Assembly: GCF_032191835.1 (NCBI RefSeq)
Contig: NC_083227.1
Coordinates: 30,566,001-30,630,000 of the forward strand
Reading direction: 5' to 3'
Length of the DNA stretch: 64,000 nt
Source of the DNA: Heteronotia binoei
Lineage: Eukaryota
The notes below the pieces were generated by a model. The model saw only the letters and a list, made by a program, of their open reading frames with translations. It was not told the DNA's origin and ran no database searches. Position numbers and translations under genes: made by a program. Shown piece by piece: positions 24,368 to 35,306 of this stretch (position 1 is the stretch's first letter; the number at the start of each line of letters is the position of its first letter).

Positions 24368-24994
24368 CTGCAGATATGTATTTATTTCTGATATTTATTT
24401 ATTACTTTCAATTTCTATCCCACCCTTACCTGTACTGCAGGGCTCAGGGTGGGTTCCAACATAGTGAAAATAGTTAACCTGTAACTTTACAATAATAAAA
24501 ATATAACAATTGACATTGTCATGACTTATGATAGCACATAAAAACTGCAACATTACATTTACAGTTTGCTAACCAAAAGGGATATCTTAGGAGAAACAGC
24601 GCTGTAATATGAGGCTTGAGTGTCTCTGGGACTTATGCCTCAAAAATTATTCAGGCAACAAAGTAGCCCAAAACAAAGGAAACCAGCCAGTTTCCTGCCC
24701 TGTCAAACAACTGAGCAGAAAAAGGCTTTCTAGGAAGTGCAACATCTGTCACCCTTGCCTAAATCCCTTCCTGTTAAACCACAGGGAAAAGCACTGCTTC
24801 AGGCATCTGATCTAGAAACAAACGCAGCACAGAATGATAACAGAACAGAAGGTAAGCTGAGCAGGACTTGGGTTCAAATCTCACTTCCGCATTTCACCAC
24901 AAACTCACTTCTTTACGGGGGCATTACAAGTTCTGCATCAGCAAACCCACAAAACACATTTAATACTGAAAGCTCTAGATAAATGTAGTGTTAA

Positions 24995-25210
24995 GGGGAA
25001 GGACGGTGGCTCAGTGGTAGAGCATCTGCTTGGTAAACAGAAGGTCTCAGGTTCAATCCCCGTTATCTCCAACTAAAAAGGGCCCAGGCAAATAGGTGTG
25101 AAAAACCTCAGCTTGAGACCCTGGAGAGCCACTACCAGTCTGAGTAGACAATACTGACTTTGATGGACCCAGGGTCAGATTCAGTATAATGCAGCCACAT
25201 ATGTTCATGT
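24995..25210 (+). mobile_element. tRNA-derived SINE (Squam3-like)
   Basis: ggacggtggctcagtggtagagcatctgcttgg...ggttcaatccccg head with A and B boxes, plus body and tail as at 2030. Confidence 0.9.
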
Positions 25211-25915
25211 TATTGGTTTCACATCTTAGCTACTTGCTTTCCTCTGTGGCCAGCATCATCCATTCATTCAGAAACCAGAGTCTCTCTCCTCCATCCTTTG
25301 TCAGGTGGTTCCTTATCTTTATAAGCTCCTGATCTGCAAAGGAGAGAGGGAGGGAAACCCTAGATGAGCTGTACTGACAACCTGTGTTTTAGCAAGAAGT
25401 TCTGCTGCAAATTTGCCTGCTTTGACCATGGATTTTCCTGCTTTCCCCTATTCTTTGTGCCCCATATCCAGGTGCCCCCCTCTTTAAAACTCACCAGCTT
25501 CTTCCATGTTCTACATTACACCCCCTGGAGGGAATCAGCAACCCACGATTGCTACAAACACCCCCAAGAGAGGGGAAGAAGGTGGGACAGGAAGAAGTCT
25601 CCCCCTCATCCTTTTTTACATTGCCCAATCAAGTGTCTCAGTCTTTCTAGGAATTGCACCTCTGCTTGTTTAACCATTTGAGACTCTTTTATATATAAAA
25701 AACCGAACACACATATGAGCATCCTTTGTATAACATAATACTTTTCTGGGAAAGTAAAAAGCAAGGTTTAAACACACCAGGATATTTCTGGAGGCTAGAT
25801 GGTAAGCAAAGGAAAGTAAAGCAAAACTGAATTATTCAAGAGGGCTTTCCTATACAGGTAACAGGGTTGTACTGTATAGAACATAGATTCAGGTGGGGAT
25901 GTGTTGGTCTCTAGC

Positions 25916-26050
25916 AACAGAACAAAGTTTGAGTCCAGTGGCACCTTTAAGACCAACGAAGTTTTATTCCGGGTATAAGCTCTTGTGTGCTTGAAGTGTG
26001 CATGCACACAAAAGCTTATACCTAGAACTCAGGCTCAAACTTTGTTCTGT
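25916..26050. mobile_element. Inverted pair of Penelope-like terminal fragments
   Basis: acagaacaaagtttgagtcc...ggctcaaactttgttctgt, and gggtataagct.ttgtgtgc / gcacacaaaagcttatacc. Confidence 0.7.
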
Positions 26051-26123
26051 ATAGAATAGTTTAGAAAGTACTTGGATACAAATTTAGAGGTGGTGGTGTA
26101 TACTACTGTGTACAGATTATATT

Positions 26124-26430
26124 AGAGAGCCCCGTGGCACAGAGTGGTAAGCTGCAGTCCAAGCTCTGCTCATTACCTGAGTTCAATCCCAGTGGAAGCT
26201 GGGTTCAGGTAGCCGGCTCAAGGTTGACTCAGCCTTCCATACTTCCAAGGTCGGTAAAAGGAGTACCCAGCTTGCTGGGGTAAAACGTAGATGACTGGGG
26301 AAGGCAATGGCAAACCACCCCATAACAAAAAGTCTGCCAAGAAAACGTACTGATGTGACGTCTCTTCATGAGTCGGTAACGACTTGTAATGAGTTCGGTG
26401 CTTGCACAGGGGATTACCTTTCTGTTTTGT
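26124..26430 (+). mobile_element. Sauria SINE (Squam1-like), full length
   Basis: agagccccgtggcacagagtggtaagctgcag...gcttgcacaggggattaccttt. 10-bp TSD AGATTATATT (26114-26123 / 26431-26440). Confidence 0.9.
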
Positions 26431-27142
26431 AGATTATATTGCCTGTGGCTGTAGATTCTGCTATGTAATTATTTCATTGTTTAATGTGTCAAGTCCATAT
26501 TTTTGCTTCAGTTCTGTTTTCAGATTTCTAGTTGATTTTAGACAATCCAAATCCTATTTCATTGTTTATTGCATGCCCCTTCCTACTGATTGTACAGTCC
26601 ACTCTGAGTCCTAGTGAGAAAGGTGGACTATAAATAACATAAATATTTTTAAAGGGTGGGAAAAAGAAATAAGATTATTAGGCATAACAGAAGGTCCAGT
26701 AAATATAATAGGAGCTTGAAAGCCAGTGTTGTACAATAGTTAAAGTATCCAACACGGACCTGGCAGATCCAGGTTCAAATTCCCATTTTGCCATGGAAAC
26801 TTGTTGGGTGACGTTGGCCCAGTTGTGCTCACTCAACCTAACCTACTTGCAAGTCGGCTTTGTGAAGAATAAAAAGAGGGAGGGGCAACCAAGTATATCA
26901 CCCTGGCCTTCCTGGAGAAGGGCAGCATAAATATGTACTAGATAGCTAGAAAGACCCTGGAGAGCCACTGCCAGTCTGAATAGGCAATACTGACCTTGAC
27001 AGATCAACGGTCTGTGTCATTATAAAGTAGCTTCATGCGTATGCCAATAGACTTGACTGGGCTCTGTTGAAAGACACTGAAATGTACTACAAAGGTACAG
27101 AGCAGATAAATAAAAAAGGGCAGGGCAAGAGACATAATGAAC

Positions 27143-27354
27143 ATGAACATATGAAGCTGCCTTATACTGAATCAGACCCTCAGTCCATCAAAGTCAGTAT
27201 TGTCTTCTCAGACTGGCAGCGGCTCTCCAGGGCCTCAAGCTGAGGTTTTTCACACCTATTTGCCTGGACCGTTTTTTGGAGATGCCGGGGATTGAACCTG
27301 GGACCTTCTGCTTCCCAAGCAGATGCTCTACGACTGAGCCACTGTCCCTCCCCC
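27143..27354 (-). mobile_element. tRNA-derived SINE (Squam3-like), young copy
   Basis: Near-consensus head (reverse complement ends actgagccactgtccctcccc). TSD AATGAAC. Confidence 0.9.
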
Positions 27355-27395
27355 AATGAACCAAAGACTGTACCTGGGAATGCAATAATGACCTC

Positions 27396-27563
27396 CAGGG
27401 GTAGAATTTTAGCAGGAGCTCCTTTGCATATTAGGCCACATACCCCTGATGTAGCCAGTCCTCCAAAATCTTACAAAAAAGAGCCTTGTAAGCTCTTGGA
27501 GGATTGGCGACATCGGGGTGTGTGGCCTAATATGCAAATGAGATCCTGCTAGAATTCCACCCG
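27396..27563. mobile_element. Palindromic hAT MITE
   Basis: caggggtagaatttt...agaattccacccg. Perfect 8-bp TSD ATGACCTC. Confidence 0.9.
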
Positions 27564-27939
27564 ATGACCTCCAAGGCTGGAATGAAATGACAGTCTCTTG
27601 GTATAAGCATCAGTGCCCAATGTCTGGATATTGGTCCTTTTCAGATGGAAACAACAGCCCCAACATGGACTGGGCTGACAGTCATTGGTGATCCTTGGGG
27701 GTAGGGGTGGGGTGAATGGTTATTCTTGGGAGTGTGGGAATGATGGTCCCTCAGATGACAATGAATGGACTAAATTTGGGCTGACAATCCCTGGAAAGGA
27801 AGGACTGGCTGATGCCTGGGATATCTGTCCCAGAAAAAAGAATGACAGTCCTAATGAGAGGAATTGAGTGTCACAAATCCAGTATAGCGATCCCTGGGAG
27901 ATGAATTAGAGGTGCTTAGAGGTAAACTAGGGACCTTAG

Positions 27940-28204
27940 GAATGAAGAAGACTAGATTGGATTTATACCCTGCCTTTCAGTTGGAGTCTTAGAGTGGCTT
28001 ACAATCTCCTTTCCCTTCCCTTCCCCACAACAGTCACCCTGTGAGGTAGGTGGGGCTGAGAAAGCTCTGAGAGAACCACTCTTGAGAGAACAGCTCCGAG
28101 AACTTGTAACAAGATCACAGCAGCAGTTGCATGTGGAAGAGTCAGGAATCAAACCTGGTTCTCTCAGATTAGAGTCTGTGCTCTTAAGCACTACACCAAA
28201 CTGG
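27940..28204 (-). mobile_element. tRNA-derived SINE (L2-tail family)
   Basis: gaagaagactagattggatttatacc...taagcactacaccaaactgg. Confidence 0.8.
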
Positions 28205-29115
28205 AATGATGGTTGTTGGAATGAAACAAGGGTCCATGGAACCTGGAACAATGTCCCAGTGTAAGGATGTCTACCTGTGGGAGTAGAATGATGACTCCTG
28301 GGAATAGAGTGGGTGTCCCAGATCTGGAAGAGTGGGTGTCCTAGATTTGGCCAAGATCCCATCCTTGTTGAACACAGGCATTTCATGGCTCCATGGGTTG
28401 TTTCTTCAGACCTTCTATACAAAATGAAGGCGCAGTGAGGACCCTTTCACTGCATCCAAAGAAGCATCCACAAAAGCTTACACAAGAATGACATTTTGTT
28501 AAGGTACCACAGAAATAGTTCGGTAGCACTTTAAATATTCAGTTATTTACTTTACTCAGTCTGCTTTCCTTGCTGAGACTCAAGGCAGATTGCATGATTA
28601 TAGCAACAGTGTAATGAAGAAAAACAGCATGGCCTAATATGTAAATAAGATGCTGCTAGGTTTTTCTGTGGCTTAATATGCAAATGAGTTCCTGCTGGGC
28701 TTTTTCTACAAGTTCTACAGTTTTGGTGCCATGACAGAGAAGGCACTTTCTCAGGTTACCGCCTGTCTCTGAAGTGGGTGGGGCATGTTCTAGGTTGTCA
28801 GCTGTGAGTTGGGCAACTCTTGAAGATTTGAGGGGGTGGGGTCTGGGAAGGCAGGGTTTGGGGAGCATGCTGTGATGCCACAGAGTCCACTCTCCAAAGC
28901 AGACAATTTCTCCAGAGGAACTGATCTCTGTTGTCTGGAGATCAGTTGTAATTCTGGGAGATTTGATTGCCAGGTCCCATCTGGAGGTTGGCAAACCTTT
29001 AGTGTTCATATGAGAGATAATGATCCTTAAGGTATGGTGGCCCCAAGCCATCTATGGCCCCCCTGAACATTTCTGCTTTATACATTTGGCAGAATAGAAG
29101 TGTGGGAGCCTTCTT

Positions 29116-29395
29116 GTGAGAACCAGTTTGGTGTAGTGGTTAAGTGTGCAGACTCTTATCTGTGAGAACCGGGTTTGATTCCCAACTCCTCCACTTGCAC
29201 CTGCTGGAGTGACCTTGGATCAGCCATAGCTCTCAGAGATGTCCTTGAAAGGGTAGTTTCTGGGATAGCTCTGTCAGCCCCACCTACCTCACAGGGTGTC
29301 TGTTGTGTGTGTGGTGGGGGGGGGGGGGAAGCTCTGAGATTCAGAGGATAGGGTGGGATGTAAATCCAATGTCGTTGTCTTCTTCTGCTACAAGA
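29116..29395 (+). mobile_element. tRNA-derived SINE (L2-tail family)
   Basis: gagaaccagtttggtgtagtggttaagtgtgcagactc...gggtttgattccc...gggatgtaaatccaatgtcgttgtcttcttc. Confidence 0.85.
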
Positions 29396-29599
29396 TGGAA
29401 GCCACAGTACAGAATGCACATATAAAGGGGTTGTTAGATCCTGGTTGGGAAACTCTTGGCGATTTGGGGATGGATCCTGGGGAATACAGGGACTGCCATA
29501 ATTCCAGGGGATCCCCAGGTCTCACCTGGAGGCTAACCACCCCTAGCTCTTATCCATTCGCAGACTAACACCTTCAGAAAGCTTTGCTTGGGATAACAC

Positions 29600-30600
29600 A
29601 CCTTGCTATCGCTAAGGGACGTACAGGAATTTCGTTCCAGCATCTTCATTCGCTCAGGAAGGCTGTTTCCACGCTGCCTCTCCAGAGTCCCGCTCCAGGC
29701 AGCGCGAGACTTTTCCCGAGCCAGAGCGCACTTCATGATCTGACTCCCCGCCAAAACCTACACTAGAATGAACACATTTGGCCTTTAAGGTGCTGCTGAC
29801 TGGACACCCTTTCTACTTTTCGCCGCAAGCCACGGGACAAGCACGCCTGCGCCCCCACTGGAGCATCCAGGAAAGCGCCCCACGCTTTTGGCTTACATGC
29901 AAGCTGCCTCACTCCGGATTTGGGAGCTGGCGGCAAACCACCTTCCCCTTCCCGCTCAGCAACCGAGCCTGGGAACTCCAAAGGGCACTTTCCCACGGGT
30001 GTTTGTGTGTGTGTGGAAGAACAGGGAGGAGGAGGAGCCCGTTTCACCCGTTCTAGACTCCCCTCCCCAAATGGCTGGGCCTCTCTAGGAAGCGGCTGTT
30101 CTCTGTGCCTCTTTCAACCTCCCCCCTCCCCAAATGGCCCAGCGAGAGACCCTCTCTCACTGCGCGCGAGAAAGGAAAGAGCGGGGCGCCCAGGTAGGGA
30201 GCGAGCAGGTGGCGCCTCCCTCGGCGAGGCAAAGACTGCTGCTGCCCGTGCCAAGGTGAGTTTTTGCCCCCAGCGAGGAGGTGGGACCCGGCGGCGGGGA
30301 AGGAGGGACGGAGCAGCCAGGCAGGAAATCCGTGGCGTGGCGTGGCGTGGCCCGGGAAGGGGAGCGGGGCTGCGGGCCGGGAAGCGGCTCTCCCCCGGGT
30401 GAGGAGAGGAGGGTTCCAGGTTTGCTTTACTGACCGCCTGCCTCCAGAATAGAAGCGGCGCCAAAGCGTCCCGAAGCCCAGGAGGCGACCCGCGAGGGGG
30501 CTCCCTGGTGGCCGCGGGAACGCAGACTCTTCTCAAGTATGTGTGAAGCGTCCGCAATGAAATAGGGCGGCGGGCAGTGCAGCGTGACCCCAGTCCAAGG
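29600..30600. promoter_or_regulatory. CpG island, bidirectional promoter for genes B (-) and C (+)
   Basis: Strong CpG enrichment. Outward-facing donors: minus CAT|gtaagc at 29897/29896 and plus AAG|gtgagt at 30255/30256. Confidence 0.8.
29602..29757 (-). CDS. Candidate first coding exon of gene B (ATG at 29736)
   Basis: Acceptor ttctagtgtag|, ATG 29736-29734, 45 codons MKCALAREK...SLSDSK, donor AAG|gtgtgt (phase 0). Confidence 0.45.
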
Positions 30601-30720
30601 CCGTAGATTTGGACAGGCTTGTAAAGAGGAACTCTGCTTGGGGGGGGGGGTGCACTATTGGGGGGGGGGGGTCGGTGGCTCTGTGCCTGCTTTAAGAATG
30701 CCTGTCACTGACTCGTCAGC

Positions 30721-31228
30721 AAATGTTCCCTCTAAGCTGCAGAGTCTTGTGTGCAAAAATTCTACTTTGTGAGCTGCTGCGTAAATTCGTGTGCTCTGAG
30801 GCCATAGAATCATAGAGGGAGGGATCTCCAGGGTCATCTAGTCCAACCCCCTGCAGAATGCAAGAGGCTCACAAATACCTCCCCCTAAATTCACAGAATC
30901 TTCATTGCTGTCCGATGGCCATTTAGCCTCTGTTTAAAAACCTCCAAGGAAGCAGAGTCCACCACCTCCCAAGGAAGTCTGTTGCACTGGGGAACGGTTC
31001 TAACTGTCAGGAAGTTCTTCCTAATGTTGAGCCGGAAACTCTTCTGATTTAATTCCAACCCACTGGTTCTGGTCCTACCTTCTGGGGCCACAGAAAACAA
31101 TTCCACACCATCCTCCATATGACAGCCCTTCAAGTATGGTACTTCCTGAGCTCAGACAAAAAATGTGTGAGCTGGAGGCTAAAAATCTGTGAGCTAGCTC
31201 GCGCTAACTCAGCTTAGAGGGAACACTG
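30721..31228. mobile_element. hAT MITE interrupted by a CR1 3' fragment (30803-31137)
   Basis: aatgttccctctaagctg...cagcttagagggaacactg TIRs. The halves match the intact 14671-14863 copy and enclose a CR1 segment. Confidence 0.85.
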
Positions 31229-31234
31229 TGTGTC

Positions 31235-31415
31235 AGATGTCTGAAGCGAAGGGCCGATCCTGGTTCATACTTGCAGTGGAGACCCCCAAGGAAGCCCAGG
31301 GTTGCAACGCAGAGGCAGGCAGTCGTGGCAAGCCACAGCTGTCAGTCTGTTGCCCTGAAAACCCCCTACGGTGTCGCCATAAATCAGCTGCAACTTGACA
31401 GCCCTTCACACACAC
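31235..31415 (+). mobile_element. 5S rRNA-derived SINE (degenerate)
   Basis: cctggttcatacttgcagtggagaccccc 5S-like core, RTE-type tail, (CA)n. Confidence 0.6.
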
Positions 31416-31644
31416 CATTGACCCTGCTTCTGCTGGCTCCGCTGGTTAAACGCTGGCCGGTCCTCATGGAAGTTTTATGGAGATACACTGCTCAGGTAGC
31501 CGTCCCATCCCTTGGGGCATTAGTGTGGGATGGAGTTCAAAATGTCCCAGAGGGTAGCTCTATTCAGCCTGCTGCAGCGAAGCCAAGCCACAGGTGCTTG
31601 TGGCATTTGAAAGGAGACCTGAAGGCACACCGGGGGGGGGGGGC

Positions 31645-31909
31645 GAACTGTGGCTCAAGAGCCACATGTGGCTCTTTCACAAATATATTGTAAGGCTCTC
31701 AAAGCCCCCATCACCCTGTTGGCCAGCTTGGAGAAGGTATTTCTCTCTTTAAAGTTGCTTTCTTTCCACCTCTCTCTCTCCCTCCCCAAACTATTTTCCT
31801 TCTTCCCTCCCTCCCTCCCTGTCTTGTGGCTGTCAAACATCGTTTCAGCTTTCAGATATCTGACATTTATTCTATGTGGCTCTTATGTTAAGCACGTTTG
31901 GCCACCCCT
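31645..31909. mobile_element. hAT/Charlie-like MITE
   Basis: gcgaactgtggctcaagagccacatgtggctc...gtttggccacccctg. Paralog of 21174-21439. Confidence 0.75.
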
Positions 31910-32574
31910 GTGCCGCACAAACACCATGATTCTTCCAAGCAGGCTTCTGTATTTACAAGCCACTGATGAAAAAAGGGGTGAGGGAGATGGTGGGCCCTGA
32001 AAGGGCTGGTGGTCTATATTATTTTTTACAAAGGAGAATGAGGATAGAGCAGCATAGAGCAACAAATATTTGTTACCTAAGCTTAGACAAATGGACAACT
32101 TTTCCACTGCAATATAACATATATAAAAAATAATAGGCCAGGCCCTTGATAAGGCTTCCCCTACCCACATTGAGTGACAGTCATCTGAGGGAAAATTCTC
32201 CTCAGCCTCACCCCCCACTTTCCCAGTACAAGAGGTTGGGCTAGCTGAATTTCCTGCCAAGCAACTCTTTTCCTCATGGTTGTAGAACAGGCAGGGGCAA
32301 GTTGGGTTATTAATCAACCAGGGGGGGAAAGAAACTAGCCTGGCCAGATTTTTTGCTTTTAGAAAACTTGCTTGAAAGCCTAAGGGGCAGGGCCGGGTGT
32401 TTTTTCCCCTTTCTGGAGGTTTTGTTACCTAATCTTAGACAAAAGGACAACTTTTCCAGTGTTTGGATTTTCAGGGGGGTGGGAGGGTTCCACTGTCACT
32501 CCTAAATTTTATGATGGCCCATTTAACTACTAGATCAAAGCAAGCCTGGACTCTCACTAGAAGCTAAAATTGAC

Positions 32575-33055
32575 TTAAATGTGGCTGTCATACTTTTGGT
32601 CACATCCTGAGAAAACCAGAATTCACTGCAAAAGACGATAATGTTAGGCAACATTCTCTCTAAGCTGCAGAGTCTTGTGAGCAAAAATTCTACTTCTTGA
32701 GCTACTGGTAGTAAAGTTTTGAACTACTAGCATTAAAGATGTGAGCTACTACAAAAATTAGTGTGCTCTGGGGTCATCCTTCCTGAGCTAAGGCAAAAAT
32801 GTGTGAGCTGGAGGCTAAAAATCTGTGAGCTAGCTTATGCTAACTCAGTTTAGAGGGAACACTGACGCTAGGTAAAGTTGATGGTAGCAGAAAACGAGGA
32901 AGGCCCAACACCAGAGGTACTGACTCAATAAAGGAATCCACTTAGGCTTCCGTTAGCGAGGCCTGAGCGAAGCTGTTAATGATAGGACATTGTGGAGATC
33001 ATTGGTTCTTACACTCACTGTTAGTTGAAAGTGACTTGACAGCATGTAACATACA
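32575..33055 (+). mobile_element. RTE/BovB-like fragment interrupted by a hAT MITE (32650-32862)
   Basis: RTE halves aagacgataatgttagg | acgctaggtaaagttgatgg flank the MITE caacattctctctaag...ttagagggaacactg. TSD atgttagg / acgctagg. Confidence 0.8.
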
Positions 33056-33156
33056 AATTTAACTAAGTGATTTTTGAAGACTGTTCAGCAAGGTTAAGAT
33101 TTAAACCCTCTGGCTTTATTTGTATGCAAGGGGTAGGGCTGGTGGATTTTAACAAA

Positions 33157-33428
33157 GGAGAGCCAATTTGGTGTAGTAAAGTGCACGGACTCTTATCTGG
33201 GACAACAAGGTTTGATTCCCCACTCCTCCACTTGCAGCTGCTGGGATGGCCTTGGGTCAGCCACAGCTCTGGCAGAGATTGTCCTTGAAAGGGCAGCTGC
33301 TGTGAGAGCCCTCTCAGCCCCACCACCTCACGGTGTTTGTTGTGGGGGAGGAAGATAAAGGAGATTGTGAGCCGCTGTGAGATTCTGAGTGGAGAGCGGG
33401 ATATACATCCAATATCTTCTTCTTTTAC
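33157..33428 (+). mobile_element. tRNA-derived SINE (L2-tail family)
   Basis: gagagccaatttggtgtagt...gatatacatccaatatcttcttctttt. Confidence 0.85.
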
Positions 33429-33474
33429 TGAGGCCTTCCCCAGTCCTTGCATTCCATAGCTCAGTCATTTAGAG

Positions 33475-33849
33475 CAGTGACCCCCAACCTTTTTGGCACC
33501 AGGGACTGGTTTTTGTGGAAGACAATTTTTCCACGGTCCAAGCGGGGGGGGGGGGGAGCGCTGGAGCTTTTGCCACCCCAGGCTCCCCCCCTGCCCACGC
33601 CACATCCCTGCCCCCCATGGGAGTCTTTAAATGGAGGGGACTGGTTCTGGCTCCCCCGTCCATTTAAAGAGTCTATAAATGAGGCATAGGCTAAAGTCAC
33701 AGTAGCGCTGCCCCTTCTACTTATCCAGAACCCTGCAAGAGGTGGCAGCTTTGGAGTGAGGCCGTGCTGCCACTTTAGTCCAGGGCTGCTCTGCCTCACT
33801 CCGCAGCCTGGTTGCTAGCAGGCCATAGACCAGTAGTTGGGTACCCCTG
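33475..33849. mobile_element. hAT/Charlie-like MITE
   Basis: cagtgacccccaacc...gttgggtacccctg. Perfect 8-bp TSD ATTTAGAG. Confidence 0.85.
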
Positions 33850-34252
33850 ATTTAGAGCACCTTCCATGCCTGGATGTATAAAAAGTAGCCTCTCGCACTG
33901 CTCAGGTGACAGAGCTTTCATTTTAAAAATATTTTCAAGAGTAATCCTATTTACAAGAGTAACTGAATAGGGTTTATTCCCAACTATTTGTTTTGCCGTG
34001 TCCTTCCTCTCTGAGGAGGTCAGAGTGGCATAAAGCATTATTTTCCTCTCCCCCTCATTTTATCTTCACAACAAAACTGTGAGGTGGGTTAAATTGAGAG
34101 ATCATTTCTGGCTTGGTGTAATTAGCATAGTGATTGAGAAGCAAACTGAACTTGGCTCTCCCCAGTCCACGTCTATATGCCATGTTAACAAATTTGCAAG
34201 TTTATTTACAAATAAATATTACTGTGCTTTGTTAGTGTTGAATAAGTGTGTG

Positions 34253-34439
34253 CAGGGCTTTTTTTGTAGAAAAAGCCCAGCAGGAACTCATTTGCACATT
34301 AGGCCACACCCCCTGATGTCACCATTGTTTCACGCGGGACTTTTTGTAGCAAAAGACCAGCATGAACTCATTTGCATATTAGGCCGCACCCCTGACACCA
34401 AGCCAGCTGAAACTGCGTTCCTGCTAAAAAAAAGCCCTG
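34253..34439. mobile_element. Palindromic-family hAT MITE
   Basis: cagggcttttttt / aaaaaagccctg. Perfect 8-bp TSD AGTGTGTG. Confidence 0.9.
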
Positions 34440-34649
34440 AGTGTGTGAAAAGTTCACATTTGGCTGAATCTTTTCCTTGGAAGCTGAAAGGCATTGTTAG
34501 GTGTATATGCTGCAGGACTGAGGTTTGAGAAGAACAGGAACAAATCATGCCAAAATATTGACTGGAAATTCTTTTTGTCTGATTTTATTTTTATAGTTAC
34601 CAGATTTCACCATTTGTTTCCAGGACTAGATGTTCAGTCAGAAATAAAA

Positions 34650-35306
34650 ATGGAGTTCCATAACTCAGCTATCCAAGTTCCAGAGGAGAAAATGGAGGGA
34701 GAAGAAAGAGACTCTCGAGTTCTTCAGGTTGAGGCCACTGGGAAGTTCCTGTCTGGTGTGGATCCCCAACAAGTTAAAGGGGAATCAGATGAAGAGATCT
34801 ACCTCAACCCAGATGGCCAGTGGCAGGATTTCCAGAAGACTGTGAGGCCTCTTCACTCAGAAAGCGGGAAACCCCAGCAGCCTGGATCTGTAGACTGGGA
34901 CCATATGACATCTTTTTCAGCATCTCTGACAGCCAACCAGGAGCCTAGAGGAAAAGCTGCCCAGGTGCCAAAAAGTCCAGAAGAGAGAGAAGGAATCCTA
35001 GATACGGATGTTACCCACCTAAACGTATGTTGCCAACAGTTCAGGCAATTTTCCTACCAAGAGGCTGATGGGCCCCGAGAGGTTTTCAGGCATCTCCAGG
35101 ATCTTTGCCATCTATGGTTGAAGCCAGAGACCCACACAAAGGAGCAAATTCTGGAGCTGGTGATCCTGGAGCAGTTCCTGGCCATTTTGCCTCCAGAAAT
35201 GCAGAGCTGGGTCAGGGAAGACAACCCTATAACCTGCTCCCAGGCGGTGGCCCTGGCAGAGGATTTCCTGCTGTGGAAGGAAGAGGGGGAACTGCAGGAA
35301 GAGCAG
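34650..35306 (+). CDS. Gene C first coding exon: N-terminal extension plus SCAN domain
   Basis: Acceptor tttgtttccag| at 34623, ATG 34650. [62 protein letters not shown]...AVALAEDFL is a SCAN domain. Donor CAG|gtgaga (phase 0). Confidence 0.95.

Noticed and set aside
24995-25075. tRNA(Ala)-like sequences (also at 2030, 27280 and 55370)
   Set aside because: Each continues into a shared SINE body and tail, some with TSDs. They are SINE heads, not tRNA genes.
29763-30557. Long ORFs on both strands in the central CpG island
   Set aside because: Low-complexity Arg/Gly/Pro/Ala text from GC-rich DNA that crosses strong splice donors.
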